Shown: positions 1 to 14,074, counted from the stretch's first letter. The stretch: DNA of 64,000 nucleotides from Oikopleura dioica (GCA_907165135.1 OU015567.1:4836001-4900000), one strand, 5' to 3'. The notes: generated by a model from the letters alone, not told the origin. Program-made: numbers and translations.

Positions 1-3000
1 ACTGATGATCTCTTTGCGCTCAAGAAAGGAGGTGCTTCTTCCCACAGGTAATTCACTTTCTCATCCTTTTCTTCTCTCAGCGATAATTTTAGTGGAATAA
101 CGAACATGTCCCAATTCGTCGCGGAAGATATGCACGAAGCCGCAAATCTGAGCGCCAAAGCCATCGAATCCATCCAACTTGGCTCCTCAGAATACGTTGG
201 CCGGACACTCGGCGTCGCTGAAACAGAGATCAAGGAAGAGTGTCCGCTTACCAATTCTGTACGCCTTATGCAACCGCTCATGCGTTTCCTCCAGGTTACA
301 AACCCAAACTGTTTCCGATCGCTCATAATATCTTCAGCTATTATGCGAAAATCACAATCGAGACTTGCAAGGCTATCTCCGCGAACAAAACAACAAAACG
401 AACTTTGATCTGGTTTCTGAAACGCTGAAATTTCTCGACTGTATTTGCGGAAGCACAACTGGCGTTTTGGGATTGCTAGGATTGTATATTAATAAGAACA
501 ATGTAAATTTGATAAAACAAGCGCTGGAAACGCTCACTGAATACTGCCAAGGTATAGTTTTCACCATCATGTTTTTGAATCAAAGCTTTTTAGGCCCTTG
601 CTGCGGAAATCAGCATGCGATTGCGATGCACGAATCAAACGGGCTTGACATAGTCACTGCTATCGTCGTGGACGACATGGAGTCTCTCAAAGGCCAAGGA
701 CTCGACGAAGACGTCCATGAATTGAAGCTCTCTGCATGTAAACTCCTTCTCGCTATCATCGAGTCGCGCCAAGACTCTGAAATCTACAACCGAATCTACA
801 GGAGCGTTGGTCAAGGGCCGCGACAGCTGCTGAAGGCGATGGTGGTCAGCTATCAAAGTCGACATTTGAATTCGGCGGAAATTGAGACTGTTGGACATTC
901 ACTCTACATTTTGCTCTATCAGCTGTCGAAGAGAAATCCAGAGATCAAGGTAAAGCTTCGTTTTTTTTTCTGATCCTCACGCGGATACTTTAGGAGCTGA
1001 TGACGGATGAAGGAGCGATAACACAAGAAGAAAGCACTGCCGTAAATTTCTACGCCGCTCGAACTGCTCAAATCGAAATCGTCCGTGATAAAACTACAAT
1101 GGAGGAAATCATTTTCCCAATCCCCGAAATCTGTCGATTCCTGACTGAAGAAACGAAAAAGACGACCTTCTTCGAAACGGAAATGGACGACAAAGAATCA
1201 AAAATCGCCGATTTCTTCGAAAGATCGGAAGGAATGTACCGCGAAATGGCTTGGCAGGAGAGGCTTCAAGCGTATCCGACGCTCAACTGGATTACTAGAA
1301 GAATTTCTACTTGGGATAGGATCGCGTTCTTGTTGGCTTTGATTATGAACTTGATTGTCGCCTTCTTTTATCCGTTCAATGATGATCTGTTTCCTTGGGA
1401 CTCGAGCTACATCAGGTTAAACGCTGCCTTTTATCTGCCAGATCATAATACCTATTTCAGTGTCATTTTCTTATCCCTTCTCGCCTGTATCGTCGGTCTT
1501 TTCTCTGATTTCCGCGAGCGGGCTCTTCATGGTCTTGCAATATCCTCCGTTCTTTGGCTTCTTGCTCGCAAGGGCCCAACTTTCGTCCTCGTTGTTCTCG
1601 GATTCTTCAACATCATGAATAAAGCAGCGTTCATCGTATCATACGTTGGCAATCGCGGCTTCCAGTATGATGACAGTAATTTACTGAGCATTTTGAACGA
1701 TCGCTCGTTGCTTTACCACTGTGCGATGTTGATGGTCTGTCTTATCGGCTTCTGCTACCGTTCTTATAGTTACAGTGTCTTGCTCATGGACCTGGTCCAT
1801 CGAGAAGAAACACTGTACAATGTGATTCGATCTGTAACGAGAAATGGCCGGTCGATTATCTTGACGGCCATGTTCGCCAGTATCTTAGTCTACCTGTTTT
1901 CCATCATCGGCTATTTATTCTTCAATGATCAGTGTATTGTGGAAATCGAAACAACTAGAAGATTTACCGAAATGGTCAACGAAACCGTCGACGGATTTGT
2001 TCATCTTGTTCCCAGAGGTAACTTTCTATTCGATTTCCTCGGACTTTACAGTCATTTTTCAGTAATCGAAGAAGTAGAAACGATCGAAGAAAACCACTGT
2101 GAAACCCTTCTGATGTCAATCATCACCACTTTCGATCAAGGCCTCAGAAATGGCGGCGGAATCGGCGACTTTTTGAAGCGAATCTCAAAAGATCATCCTC
2201 AGTTTCTCTACCGAGTTCTTTACGATTTGCTCTTTTACTTTGGAATCATCATTATCGTCTTGAACCTGATTTTTGGTGTGATCATCGATACTTTTGCGGA
2301 CCTGAGGAATGAGAAGCAGAAGAAGGATGACATCATCAGAAACACCTGTTTTATTTGCGGCCTGGAGCGGAGATCATTTGACAATCGGTCGATCTCGTTT
2401 GAAACTCATATACAGGTACTTACAAGCCATGTTTTCCTTCTTGATTTTTTCAGTACGAGCACAACATGTGGCACTACCTCTACTTCATCGTCCACCTCCG
2501 AACCAAGTCCCAAACTGAATATACCGGCCCTGAATCATTTGTCTCAACCCTCATTCAACAAAACGACCTCAAATGGTTCCCCAGACATCAAGCAATGTCC
2601 CTCCAGCTCCTTCCGACAAATGATGATCAGCACGACGTCAAAGTTCTCTTCCAGGTTATCAAGACCAATTTCTTCCTTTCTGATTTATAATTAAAAATTC
2701 TAGCGCTTGGAAAATGTTGCCGAAACCGTCTCCGGTCTAACCGAACAGCTTGATGACTTCAAAATACGAGTCGAAGAGCAAAGACGACGAAATCAACGGC
2801 TTTCGATCATTAAATCATCGGTAAGCATCTCTTTTCCAACTCCGATTTCAACAAGCAAATCCTAGATCCGGCATGCACCGCGGCCAGTGTACAAAGAAAA
2901 CTCAAGTGAAACCGCTCACGATCGGCGCGCCTCGCTCCGCGTCAAATTCGCCCAGCAACAAACCAAATCAATCGACTCTGATCAATTCGAAACCCAAGAA

Positions 3001-3021
3001 AACGACGTCTCACTCTACTAG
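1..3021 (+). CDS. ITPR: Inositol 1,4,5-trisphosphate receptor, 3' part (RIH-associated domain, channel domain, C-terminal tail); 5' end lies outside the window; multi-exon
   Basis: Joined exons give MQPLMRFLQ|LLCENHNRDLQGYLREQNNKTNFDLVSETLKFLDCICGSTTG, pore motif GLRNGGGIGDFL, then LNLIFGVIIDTFADLR, TCFICGL and HNMWHYLYF. Short GT-AG introns at 48-80 and 295-337, and near 551, 949, 2416, 2653 and 2821. The last exon (ending TAG at 3021) is less certain. Confidence 0.95.
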
Positions 3022-3317
3022 AAAAAGAAACTTTAGTGTTATTTATTTAAAGATATTCTCAAAAATGCCTCTTCTTCAGCTACTGTTACTTCAAACTTCT
3101 CAAAGTACTCAAACTCACGAATTTTACTCTTCATTCTATTCTTCACCAAAGTGCAAAAATGCTTCTTCCTCTGAACAAAAAATATTCTCGCTCAAAATAC
3201 GAAATTGCTGCTCAATAAAAAATCTCACAAGAAATAAGCCTCTCGCTTTGTTTTTGGACGCTGAACTCACTTTTCGTCAATTTCTAGCTATCTTCTTCTT
3301 TGATTTCAAATTTTCTC

Positions 3318-3400
3318 AAAACCTGAGTCAGGGTTCTTCGTAGCAGCTTACTACGGAATACCCTGACTCAGGCTTTACACACAGATTGTCGAGTCCAGAC
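3318..3400. mobile_element. MITE family A, short copy
   Basis: AAACCTGAGTCAGGG...CCCTGACTCAGG inverted pair followed by the family right end ACACAG.TTG.CGAGTCCAG. Confidence 0.7.
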
Positions 3401-3700
3401 TGTCGTATTCCTGACGCAAGAGCACTTCTTTACATGAGCCACGTGAATTTTCGCGTATTACGAGACATGTTTTTGAATCACAAGTAACATGATTTTTTCT
3501 CAAAAAAATATTCTTGTCTTGCAAAGTTCGGTTCCATCGAACTCCTGATTATGCATCTTGGTGCTTGATAGAAGTTAATATCCTGTTATTTTTGGATAAA
3601 GAAATGTTGACATGATTTCTTATCAATTCAAAGCGTGTTTCTTCAAGAGAAAATTATGCAAATGATAACAACTGTTTGATAATTTGCTAGACTCCATTTG

Positions 3701-5242
3701 TTAGAGAAGGGTTGAAAGAATAATCTGGCCAGCTTCATCTGGATCTTCAGTGAATCTGATCAGCTCTTGAACCAGTTTCTTCGCTGCTTCATGATAAGCT
3801 GGCTTGTCAGTATGTGTGATGGAGATACAGATCTTGTCAGTCGTCTGGAACAACGTACAGTACTCGCAAACCTGAAAATTCACTTCAGAAACCCGAAAAA
3901 TCCAACAGTTCTTACATTTGCCCATCCATTTCCAGTACAATAGAGCTCGAGAATTTCGCTCTTTTCGTACTTTGTCGAGAACTTGTACTTGCCAACATTC
4001 GAGAAATTGATCGAAGCGTTTACTCCATTGTTTTCAGCAGCGATAGCGTCGTAAATTGCGCCGTTTTCTTTCAACAAATCAGCGATTGAATCGAATTGAT
4101 GGTGGCTTTCTTCGGACATTTGAAGCTTCAGTTCTTGGTGAATTTTTTTGGCGACGGCTAGGAGAGAATCGGATGGAATCGCGTTTGGTCTGAAGAAATT
4201 AGGATATTGATCGGAAGACAGGAAAGATAATTACCGAAGAGATGGCCAGCCGATGTAGCAAGAAACTGTGTTGTTACCGATCTTTTTGGGGAATCTGTCG
4301 CGCAAGTTGTAATCCACATCCAATTTGAAGTTTTCATTGAACGTTTTCTTAATCCAAATTCTTTGATTTTCAAAGAAAAATGGTCTTACTGTCATTTGCG
4401 CGTTGATAAAGGTGACGGAAGCAGCAAGAAAAGAGCCGATAGTTATGCCATTTGCTCGGCAAAACTTGAGAAGATTCGCAGCTCCTTCGGGAGTTCCGAA
4501 ACCGGTGGTAAGAAAAGCATTTCCGTTTCGGTTCTCAACGAGTTCATGGGGTACCGTGTTTTTGAACTCGATCAGATCGCTGAAAAATCTTAATTTCCGC
4601 TGGATCGTTTCGGTTACCGATGATATCGCTTTTTGAAATTCTCGATGAACTTTGGGTCGATTTCTGGTTGAAGCTCTGACGCCGGCCTTGGGAGGGGCGA
4701 GTTTACTTTTGGTCGTTGCAAGTTGTCATATTGACTCAAGATGTGATTGACGATCAGCATGAGAGAAGTGCCATCGGAGATTGAGTGCGGAATTCGAATA
4801 ATCAGCTGGATTTTCAAGCCATCTTCAGAAAGATTTTATTCGTAAAATCAATATTCGGAATAATACCTTGACAAACAATAAGATGACTACAAGTATTTTC
4901 ATTCTTCATTTCACCAAGTCTAATATTCGCCTCCATTTGAGCCTGCCGAAAGTTGCTCTCTGGAACTTCCAGAAATTCTGGTTCCTGCCATAATTCTTCG
5001 GGAACCTGTTGGATCCACCCGCCTTTTGTTGAAACTTGCAGGTGTGGTTCTGTCGCTCTTGAATTCGCCCAAGCTTTGGCCATTCGCTCTTTATCCAGGG
5101 GTTCTCGAAGTTGGACTACTGCAGCGTAGCAGATTGTCGCATTTATATTATCCATTTGGACCTCGATCGCGGACAAGGGCCGGCTTTCGAGGTCATTTTC
5201 GGAGCTTCTCTGAATAAGGGTCTCTTTCTCTTGAGGGGGCAT
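3701..5242 (-). CDS. Condensation-domain / alcohol-acetyltransferase (PapA5/ATF-like) acyltransferase, ~450 aa, multi-exon
   Basis: Spliced reading gives HSISDG (HxxxDG catalytic motif), LLKFCRANGITIGSFLAAS, VDYNLRDRF..IGNNTVSCYIG and SINFSNVG, in the order typical of AATase/condensation domains. GT-AG introns (e.g. 4823-4866, and near 4580-4617, 4187-4231, 3872-3915) join the frames. Confidence 0.8.
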
Positions 5243-5699
5243 TTTTGTGAATGATCGAAAAAAGTAGCGAAAGATTCAAGTTTATGATAACTCGCCCTCG
5301 TTTTCTCAAAAAATAAACAAGACGTCTAGACTCTTTCTAGGTCAAGCAAAGTCTAAATTTGCCCTTCAACAATACGAGCTATTTTTCTAAAGCAATTTTC
5401 TGCCAAGTAGGCACCTACCTTGAGTTCTCCCTAGATAAAACTTATCCAAGCTTAATTTGTAATCTAATGAGCCATTACGAGCAAATTCCAAGTTGTTGAA
5501 CTCGGAGTGTTGATCCAATTTTATGCTCAATTAAATGCACCAAAGTTAGAAATCGCGGCGAAAATTAATTCAAATATTTCAACCCTTCGCCAGGTAGCTG
5601 CCACCGCTGCCGGAAGTTCATTTGCATTTTGTTAATTACTGATTTACCGCCGATTTTTAAAGAAACTTTCACAATAATAGCTGAAATAAAAGCCAAAGT

Positions 5700-5910
5700 C
5701 CGCTTCTGACGACCTTAAACGAAAAGCCGCGCAGCGGCGTTTTACAAGACGAAGCCGCAAAGCGGCTTCGCAATATGACTTTTTCAATTCAATTGCAAAA
5801 AAACTGCCAAAGCCGCTGCGCGGCTTTGTTTACAAAAAAGCCGCTGCGCGGCTTTTGATTAAGTTTGTCTGACCCTGACTCAGGTTTTCTTCACAGGTCC
5901 CCGAGCCGAA
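5700..5910. mobile_element. MITE family A, copy lacking a clear left end
   Basis: Four AAGCCGC-n3/4-GCGGCTT hairpins, then CCCTGACTCAGGTTTTCTTCACAGG. Confidence 0.7.
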
Positions 5911-7625
5911 AAATCAACACGTTAGATCGAAAGAGTTTCGCGAAAACTTCGCTCAAAACCGATTATTCCAGGGCTTAAAATCGGACAGCTGTCTCTCATG
6001 TCCGACTTTAAATATTTGCAAAGATTAAATATCTTTCAGGCGTCAGATCTAAACCAAACGCAGGATAAACGATTCAAAGGAATTTCCGGAAGGAGCAAAA
6101 AAAATGAAAATTGGGCCGATTCGGAAGAGTTTTCTGAAGACAGAACGTTGTTTACCCACTGGTCATTAATCCCTCGATTCTGTCCTCTGGTAAACCGAGT
6201 TCTAAAAATTTGCGCAAGAGAAGCGTGCACTTTCCAAAAGCTGTGGCCCGGTATTAAACTCTGCACCTGTTATTTTGGTGGGTTTGATGCTTACTTTGCC
6301 CTACCGGCTAAAAAACGCCCAATCGGATTTATTACTAAAAAGAAAACCCAAAAGTTAATTTTGACAAAATTTATTGCTGCGGTGAGAAAAAAGACAAGCA
6401 ATTTGCAGGTCAGATTCTTTCACATTTTTGAAACAAGAGGTGTCAACTTTCCGAGCATATTCGAAATCAAAACGTGGGGCTGATTTGACACCACGATTTT
6501 TGAGATACGAAAGAGTTGAACGTTCTGTCAATTTGAAGATAAAATACTCATGGACATATTTTCTGCCGAGAAAATTTAAGAGGCAAAAAATCATGTTTTT
6601 TTTTTTGAAAAACCTGTTTATTTTCTAAGGAATCGGGGATAGCAACAGTCATTCTTAATGAAAAATTATAAATATAAGCAATAGAAAGGGTCTTCATGGC
6701 GAATTTCGCCAAATGACTATAAAACTCATAATTATTTAGAAAAAATTAAAGACACTACGGCAAGGCATTTTTTTCTGATATTTCCGCCCCATTTTGCGGA
6801 TATTTCGGAAACATTGGCCATAAAAGAGGAAAAAAACTGAAAAAATTGGCCAATATTTTAACTCATAAATCCATAAAGATCTTCATTTAGTTTTCACCGT
6901 GACTTTCATAAATTTAATGTCTAACTGGACAATGAACTTGCATTTCCGATAATGAATATAGCTCTAAAAGTCTTTCAAAAAGAATCAGAGTGAAGAAATC
7001 AAAAAAAAAACTGGTTCAGAAATTTTACTTCAGTCTTATGGTTCTTATTTTTTTGAAGAAATTATATGGCGCTGGATTTTCAAATGCAATCACAAAATAG
7101 AATGCTTTGCGTTTCGGCGTTTGAAAAAATTTGACTCAGGTTTTTTACAAAGGTAACTGAGCCCAGAACTTATGTTTTCTCAAGAGGCCCCCAATTCGTG
7201 ATGGGAATTAGTCCATTTCAAAAGCCAGCGTCATATAATTTTCTCCAAATTTCCCACGGAAATTTACGAAAACAACTCACGAACTATTTTTCGTAAAAGA
7301 CACATTTCCACAATATTTATGCTTTGAACTTTTCATAACCCGCGTTCAAGAGCTTCCACGCTTTTCTCTTTCGCCGGATGGGAATCACGTGGTTTGTGAG
7401 TATACAACTCATGCAGTCGTAAGGAGCCTAAAGACCGGAACAGCCGACTCGTTAGCTGGATGAAGTTTCGGCTTCGCGGCTTCCTGCTAAACGAAGTTTT
7501 TTTTCTAAAGTTTTAGCCATCTTCGTGAGTTTTTTCTAACGTGGGTCTGTTTCCGAAGCTTTTCCGCAAAAGTTGAATGTTAGAAGACAAGAAATTCTTC
7601 AAAACGAATCAATTCTCTCATTTTT

Positions 7626-7800
7626 GGCTGGGAAACCTGTGTAAAAAACCTGAGTCAGGGTCTGAAGATCTTTAATGAAAAGCCGCAAAGCGGCTTTTTT
7701 AAAAACGAAGCCGCAAAGCGGCTTCGCTAGAAGTTCAAAATTGATTTGAAAATTGATTTTTTAGGGCCCTGAGTCAGGTTTTCTACGCAGGCTGCCAAGT
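7626..7800. mobile_element. MITE family A, full copy
   Basis: CCTGTGTAAAAAACCTGAGTCAGGG ... CCCTGAGTCAGGTTTTCTACGCAGG inverted termini with two internal GCCGC hairpins. Confidence 0.8.
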
Positions 7801-8214
7801 ACCGTCTGACTTTGACCGCAAAAATCTCCATAAACCTCCATAAAACTTCTGTCCGTTGTCAACTCGTTGTTTGATGAATGTAAATAATTAAAATTGCGAA
7901 ATTGAAATCCTCTTGTGCAATTCTTGCAAAATTAATCTTATAATATTTTGAAAGCAGGTGAGAGAGCGGCACAAGCAAGGGACGTGTCGTATCATAATCC
8001 CGATGTCCCGACATTCCAGAGTAAATTCACGATCCAAATTTATTTCCACCCTCGACGGCGGTCCGTTTCCGTCCTTGTTATCCGAGCGGTTATGATGAGT
8101 GGCGATTTTCATTCCGGCAATGCTGTTTCTCGTAGAGAGGCGTTTTTTATGCAATTATTGATCTTTTTTATTATCTCACCCAAGGTTTTTAAACTTATAC
8201 AATACGACTATTTA

Positions 8215-8500
8215 AACAATAGTCTTAACTTTTTGTAGACCAAAAAAATAAATTTTGACTAAAAAATCGATCAAAAAGTCAAAATTTAAAGCCAATACTT
8301 TAGTCTTATTTCTCAAATTTTTTAGTCTTAGTCTTGTCTAGTCAACTTATCTTCAAATAAAAGTTAGTCTTCTTAGTCCCCTTTAGTTCAGTATAATAAG
8401 GACAAGGGTTAAAAGACTAGAAACACAAGACGAATTTTCATTTGAAAACGAATTGTCTAGACTAAATTTTGACTAAAAAAGACTAAGATTAGACTAAGCT
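8215..8500. repeat. TTAGTC/GACTAA-rich inverted repeat, probably a MITE
   Basis: Many TTAGTC copies in the left half and GACTA(A/G) copies in the right half; ends not defined. Confidence 0.4.
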
Positions 8501-9134
8501 TCGATCTGTCTAAAAATTTATTTTTTTTTGTGTTTTTAATATTTGATAGATTTTGATGCAAAGAAATACAAAATACTAAAATGATATTTGAATAATTTTA
8601 TGATTTTTATTGGTTGGATCCATTTTTCAACAATTTTTTTGGCAGGGCATGAAACTTTGTACAGGATTAAATAAATTTTCTTACTTGGAACAAATTATAC
8701 AATTGCATTAAATTCAGTAGTTGATTCAGTGGTTTGAAATGTTCTGTCGGGCTCTAGGCCTTGTGTTGAGTTTTTCTTTTATCAAGTAAAACAGGAGGCC
8801 GATCCACGTGATTTATCATCATCAGGATCGTTGATTTGTAGATTGAGAATGGGCAGTAGCTGATTTTCGGGACGATTTCTTAAGGTTTTTCGGGATGCTT
8901 TTTTTCCGCAGACCAAGAGGAAGAGTTTCTCAGCTTTTCTTTTTTCCATATTTCCGGGTGGAAGGTAGAAAAGCTGACATCTTGAAAAACACTTAAGGGT
9001 ATCCCCAGGTTAGGTTTAAGACTGAGAATCCGACTGAAGTGACCACAGAAACCAGCGTGAATCGTCAGCAGGAATGAAGTAAAGGGGGTTTCCTTTCAAA
9101 AGAGAAAGGGGTCGGAATTCTTTCAAAAACCTAG

Positions 9135-10194
9135 TTAGAGCGCGGGGATTTTGTCGGACCATCGGTTGTACATGCTGCGGGCGCGCTTGGCTGGAAGCTT
9201 GTCTTTTCGCATGCCGTGGCAGTTGTTCAAATATCGAGTTGCCCACTTGCGAAGACCGGTCGTCACTTGCTTCCAAGCTTTTTGAGGGTTGGCGCTGAGG
9301 GCTCGGCTTTTGCCGCCGCCGCGGACGAGGATTTGATCTTGTTTGCCGCGGAATTGGCAGGTGCCCATGTCGAAGTACGCGCACTCCTCGTCGTCCTCTT
9401 CGCAGAGATCGTCAGCGGAGTCGGTGATGAAATCAAACTGATCATCGCTCAAGTTCTCCCAGTTCTGCCCCTCGAAGCAGTACTCGTACAGCCACATGAA
9501 GCTGGAGTCTTCGGCAACCCAGGTGTTTTGGCGCCAATCGTCGGAGATGGAAAAGTCGGCTTGTCGTCGTCGACGGCTGGAGACTGGGCGACGGGGCTTG
9601 CCATTGTCTCTGTAAAAGATAAAACGTGAGATCTTATTCGAAAAATCATGATTTTTTTTTAATCAAAAAGAAAATTTTAAAGAAAAATTTCAGATAAGAT
9701 TTTTTGCTGAAAAATTCTCTATTTTGACGAATAAGATCTCAATTATAATCAATTTTTCTGCTCACCTGAGATGTGGATCTGGGTCTGGGCCTCCGTTTGG
9801 CAAGGAGCTGTCGAAGAATCCACAGTTGTCGGAGTCGAATCGAGACTTCATTTTGTCAGCAAAGCTCTGGAGGTTTCCGAGAACTCGAGTTCGTCGTTTT
9901 TTTGACCATTCTGCCTCAAGAGCTGGGTGTTCGAGCACCTGTACTGCAAGTTTGTTTCTCAATCTGAAGGAATGAAGGTTATTTTTGGGTCGAAAAATGG
10001 TCAAAAAAGTCGAAAAAATGGCCGAAAATCGCATTTTTTTCTTGAAAAAATCCCAAAAAACAGGATTTTTAGCTTTAAAAATAGCGTGAGGTAGACGCTT
10101 ACCTATTGAGTCGGTTGAGAGGATGTCGAGGAGGCACCTTTCGGTCCCTCTTGGCAACTGCAACGCCGAGGATAACACTTTCAATAATCTTCAT
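9135..10194 (-). CDS. Secreted protein of an Oikopleura-type lineage-specific family; 3 exons (10194-10103, 9963-9766, 9609-9135)
   Basis: Spliced product MKIIESVILGVAVAKRDRKVPPRHPLNRLNRLRNKL...CGFFDSSLPNGGPDPDPHLRDNGKPRR...NPQKAWKQVTTGLRKWATRYLNNCHGMRK. It has a signal peptide and GT-AG junctions that keep frame. Family assignment is from recollection of Oikopleura proteins, not a search. Confidence 0.8.
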
Positions 10195-11408
10195 TGTGTT
10201 TGGTCAGTGTGTTCTTGTTTTTTGGCTTTCCGGGATTTTACTTGTTCGGCTCTTATCGAAACGCGGTAAAAAAGGGGATCAAACCTCGGCGAGTTGCTCT
10301 TTTATTCTTTTATCAGGCTATGCTGATGAAAAAGTATGAAGCTTCCGACTTTTGCAGAGGTTTTTATAAGCGCGGTACCGCGCGGCGCCCGCGCCACGGT
10401 ACACGCACGAGGGCGCTAGTTCCATGCGGATGAGGAATCATGAGAGCGCGCGCCATGAGGATTTTTGGTGCCGCGGTAATTGAAGCTGTTTTGGGGTTAA
10501 TATGTTGATAAAAATTAATCTTTATTTTCTATTATTTAAAATTTTGATGTGTCTTTTAAAAATATGAAAATATAAAAATACTACTAAAGAAACATGAACT
10601 CGCTACATTCTACGACCTGAACGATTCCAGCTAGCAACTTAATCAATATTTTCATAAGACATACCTTGCCTGAAAAACCATATTCTGAGAAAAAATAACA
10701 TGAATATGATTTTCCTGAGAATGCGGGAATTCTAGATTAAATTTAAAGCAAATCTGTAATTCAGTCATCTATTTGAAATTTTTGACTTATAAAAATATCA
10801 TTCTTAATTTTAATGATTCGGAAAATTGTCCTAATTAGAACTTGATCTTGCTGAGTTTATTAGAAAAGTACTTCTGAAAAGAGGAAACGGAGCTTCTATT
10901 TTCGTCATCATAGCGGGTTCTGCTTGCCAAACGAGGTGAAAAATAATTCTCTCGGAAACGCGCATAAGCTTAATGGTCTAGTCAGTGGCTTACAGGATTT
11001 GTCGTTGGATCACAATCACCGCGAAAGCTGTTGAGTTTCTTGAGTTCAAATTATGTAAGGAAAAAAATCAAAAAAGAAAATTGCAAGGAAAGACACGTCT
11101 TCTAGCGCGCAGAACAGTCAATAACGATCCCAAACTTGCTGCAAAGGTCAATTCGTTAATTTCTCAATCCGAAAATCGCCCTTGAATTCTGGGTAAAATC
11201 AACCACGTTACTTCACCTTGAGCCGGTCCTTTATCTGTTGAGCTCTCTTGACATGATCGGCTCATGCGCAATTATTCAAGATGATCGAACTCGCGCAATT
11301 TTCACCCTTCACACTTGCACAATCCGTTTTCGGAGTTTAAGTCGACCTGGAAATGCTTTTGAAAGCACAATTATGCTCTCCCTTTTGTTATTTTCTTCGA
11401 AAATCTGA

Positions 11409-11790
11409 GTATAAAACCTGAGTCAGGCTCTGTAAGATCATCGATGAAAAGCCGCGTAGCGGCTTTTTTAAAAACGAAGCCTCAAAGCGGCTCCGCAAAG
11501 TAACCCTTAGAATAATTCTTAAATTCCGGCGAAGCCGCTTCGCGGCTTCGTTTTTCAAAAGCCGCTGCGCGGCTTTTCAGCAATAATCTTTCATACCCTG
11601 ACTCAGGGCTTATACAAACGAAGCCGCAAAGCGGCTTCGCAAGAACTTTTGAACAGACTGGATAGGTTCTCCGAGATAGCCGCTTTGCGGCTTTGTTTAA
11701 AGAAAGCCGCCAGTCGGCTTCTCCTTAAATATATTATATACAGTATATCAAACCCTAAGTCGGGCTTTCTACACAGGTTGCCGAGTCCAG
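11409..11790. mobile_element. MITE family A, composite/tandem copy
   Basis: Left AAAACCTGAGTCAGG, internal CCCTGACTCAGG, at least seven GCCGC hairpin-like motifs, right end CTACACAGGTTGCCGAGTCCAG. Confidence 0.75.
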
Positions 11791-14074
11791 ATCGACTCAG
11801 ACATGTTTTTTTTCCAAGTTGAAATTGATTGAGGTCAGCGGTCGTCGGATCTTAGACACACTCAAAATGACAGAAGATCAATAAGTATCGCCGATCATAT
11901 TTAATTCTGATAGCCAATTTATTTTATTTCGATAAAAGTCGGCCTATATACAAGTTTTTTTAAATATTCCCGAAGATGGACGAGAAACCATTTAGTGAGT
12001 GAAAAATGCGAAAAGAGCTTCAATTTTCTTTAGTTTATGCGTTGTGTCTTCTGGAAAACGGTTTGAAAAAAATGATCTAAAAAGGTTTTATTTTTTGATA
12101 TAAACATATTACGTGGTTGAGAGTTTGTTTAGAGCGTTTTTCATTAGAACATGATGATGATTTTGCACTTGCAGCGAGCAAGGAGTTTTTCGCGGATCAC
12201 GTGTTTACATTTTTGCGAGCTCCGCGTGAGCAAGTTAAAATAATATCCACGCAAAGAGTTTTCCATTCCTCGGAATCGGGGAAAAAGCAAATCTAAGCAT
12301 GAATTTTTGGTCCGAAATTATCGATTTTTCTTGCAAAATTTGGGCGAAAATTCGACCTGATTTTTGACCAAAAATGATTATTTTTCGTCAAAAAATTCAA
12401 TTTTGGACCAAATTTTTTTTAGAAAAATCGACAATTTTGGAGCCAAAAATACCGAAAATACGCATCATATCAAAAATAAATGATAGTTTTATTAATTGAA
12501 TCTTCATTCAACAAAACTCTTCGAAAACAAAGTAATTTGGTAACAAAGTTTTTCTATATTTGTATTTCAAACCTGTCCAAGTGCTCAGGTGCTCCAGGCT
12601 CCGCAAAACATTACGGCTCAAAACTGGAATTTCATTCATTGAATTGAGTGCCAAAGTAGCACCTGCGCACTATTGAAGTCGAGTTTTTTCGATGAAACTT
12701 ATTTTTTCCACTTTTAAAGTCTCATTGCTTCAGTCTCAAGCGGCTTCTCGATTCTACTTCAATTAAAAAATTCATTTTGGCGCTAGAAATTCTTGAATTG
12801 CTGGATCCAACAATTGAATTGAGTAAAATTTCCGCAGGTGAGGCGGATCTAAAGGAAAAGCGTTCGTCCGGAGCACCTGTATATCCTGTTAGTGGTGATG
12901 TATTTATGCCGCTTTGTTTTTCTACTTTGCTGCTGTTGTGTAGAGATTCCGATTTCCGTTACGATTAAAACGTGATCACATTTTTGCTCAAAAAATTCCA
13001 AGATTTTTCAATCCCCGAAAAATTTTCACTTTGAACTTTTTTCGCGCGAGTAGCTAAGTTGAGATAACATATTTTTGAGGGGCATGTTCGGGGCATCTTT
13101 AATTTATTTTCATCCCTTCCACGCAACAGTTTAACCTTGTAAAATTACGTGTAGCAGATGATAGATCTGATGATGCTTCAAGATGATTGAATATTTTTTA
13201 ATTTGCAAATCGTAATCTCCAAAAAACAGCGGCGAGGCTGACCCTTATTATCAGCAAAAACAAGCCGCTGTTGTATCAACTGGAGAAAATTTCGACAAAG
13301 CCGAAATTTACGACGGAACTGGTCAATAGAGTTTCGCCAAGAGGGTCAAGAAATGAACCGGTCTGTAATTATGGGATCGCTGTAAAACCGTTGTTATCTG
13401 ATTTCGACTCGGGAATAAGTCGACTTGGATACCCGTAATACTCCGATAAGAACGAATGACGGAGCTTGTTGGTGAGCTCGATTAAGTATCGCTCCTTATC
13501 AGCAAAATTTACGATGTCAAACAGAGATACACGTAGACATACAGTCATTTCAAGGCAATATTTCTTATTTCTGGTCGAAAATTGTCGATTTTTCTTCAAA
13601 ATTCGGTTCAAAATTGAATGTTCGACCCAAATTTTCGACAAAAATGACTCTTTTGGACCAAATTTTTGAAGAAAAAGCAACAAACTTGGACCAAAAAATT
13701 TTTTTTTGACAAAAATGGACCTTTTTTTACAATTATTTTGTACTAACCCTAGTCGTCGTAGTTTGACTTCATAAAATTCTTATTTTTCTTGACCCTTGAA
13801 AAGATAAACGAAAATCTGACAATCAAGAATTTCAACTATTCGCCTCAGCAAGAAGAAGACGACGATTGCCGAGAAAGTTGCGTCTGAGAAAACAGAAACC
13901 AAAAGCGTTCGATTCTTTTTGGCGAGTTCTGCGGCGATAAAGAAAAATCCACTTTTGCCACAAATTAAATTTGCCCACTGCCCGACGACCGTCCACGTGA
14001 TTTTTGGGATGCTTCAATTAGAGCATCCTCTTACTGTATCTTTTAAGAGCTTTTTGGGTTTGAGATCATTAATC

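Noticed and set aside
5720-5860. GC hairpins followed by T-runs resembling bacterial intrinsic terminators or REP elements
   Set aside because: They occur symmetrically inside MITE inverted arms, independent of gene ends, in a eukaryotic genome.
5998-8238. Several 60-160 aa ORFs in the gene-poor region
   Set aside because: Low-complexity K/F/I-rich translations typical of AT-rich non-coding DNA, with no motifs or coherent splice structure.
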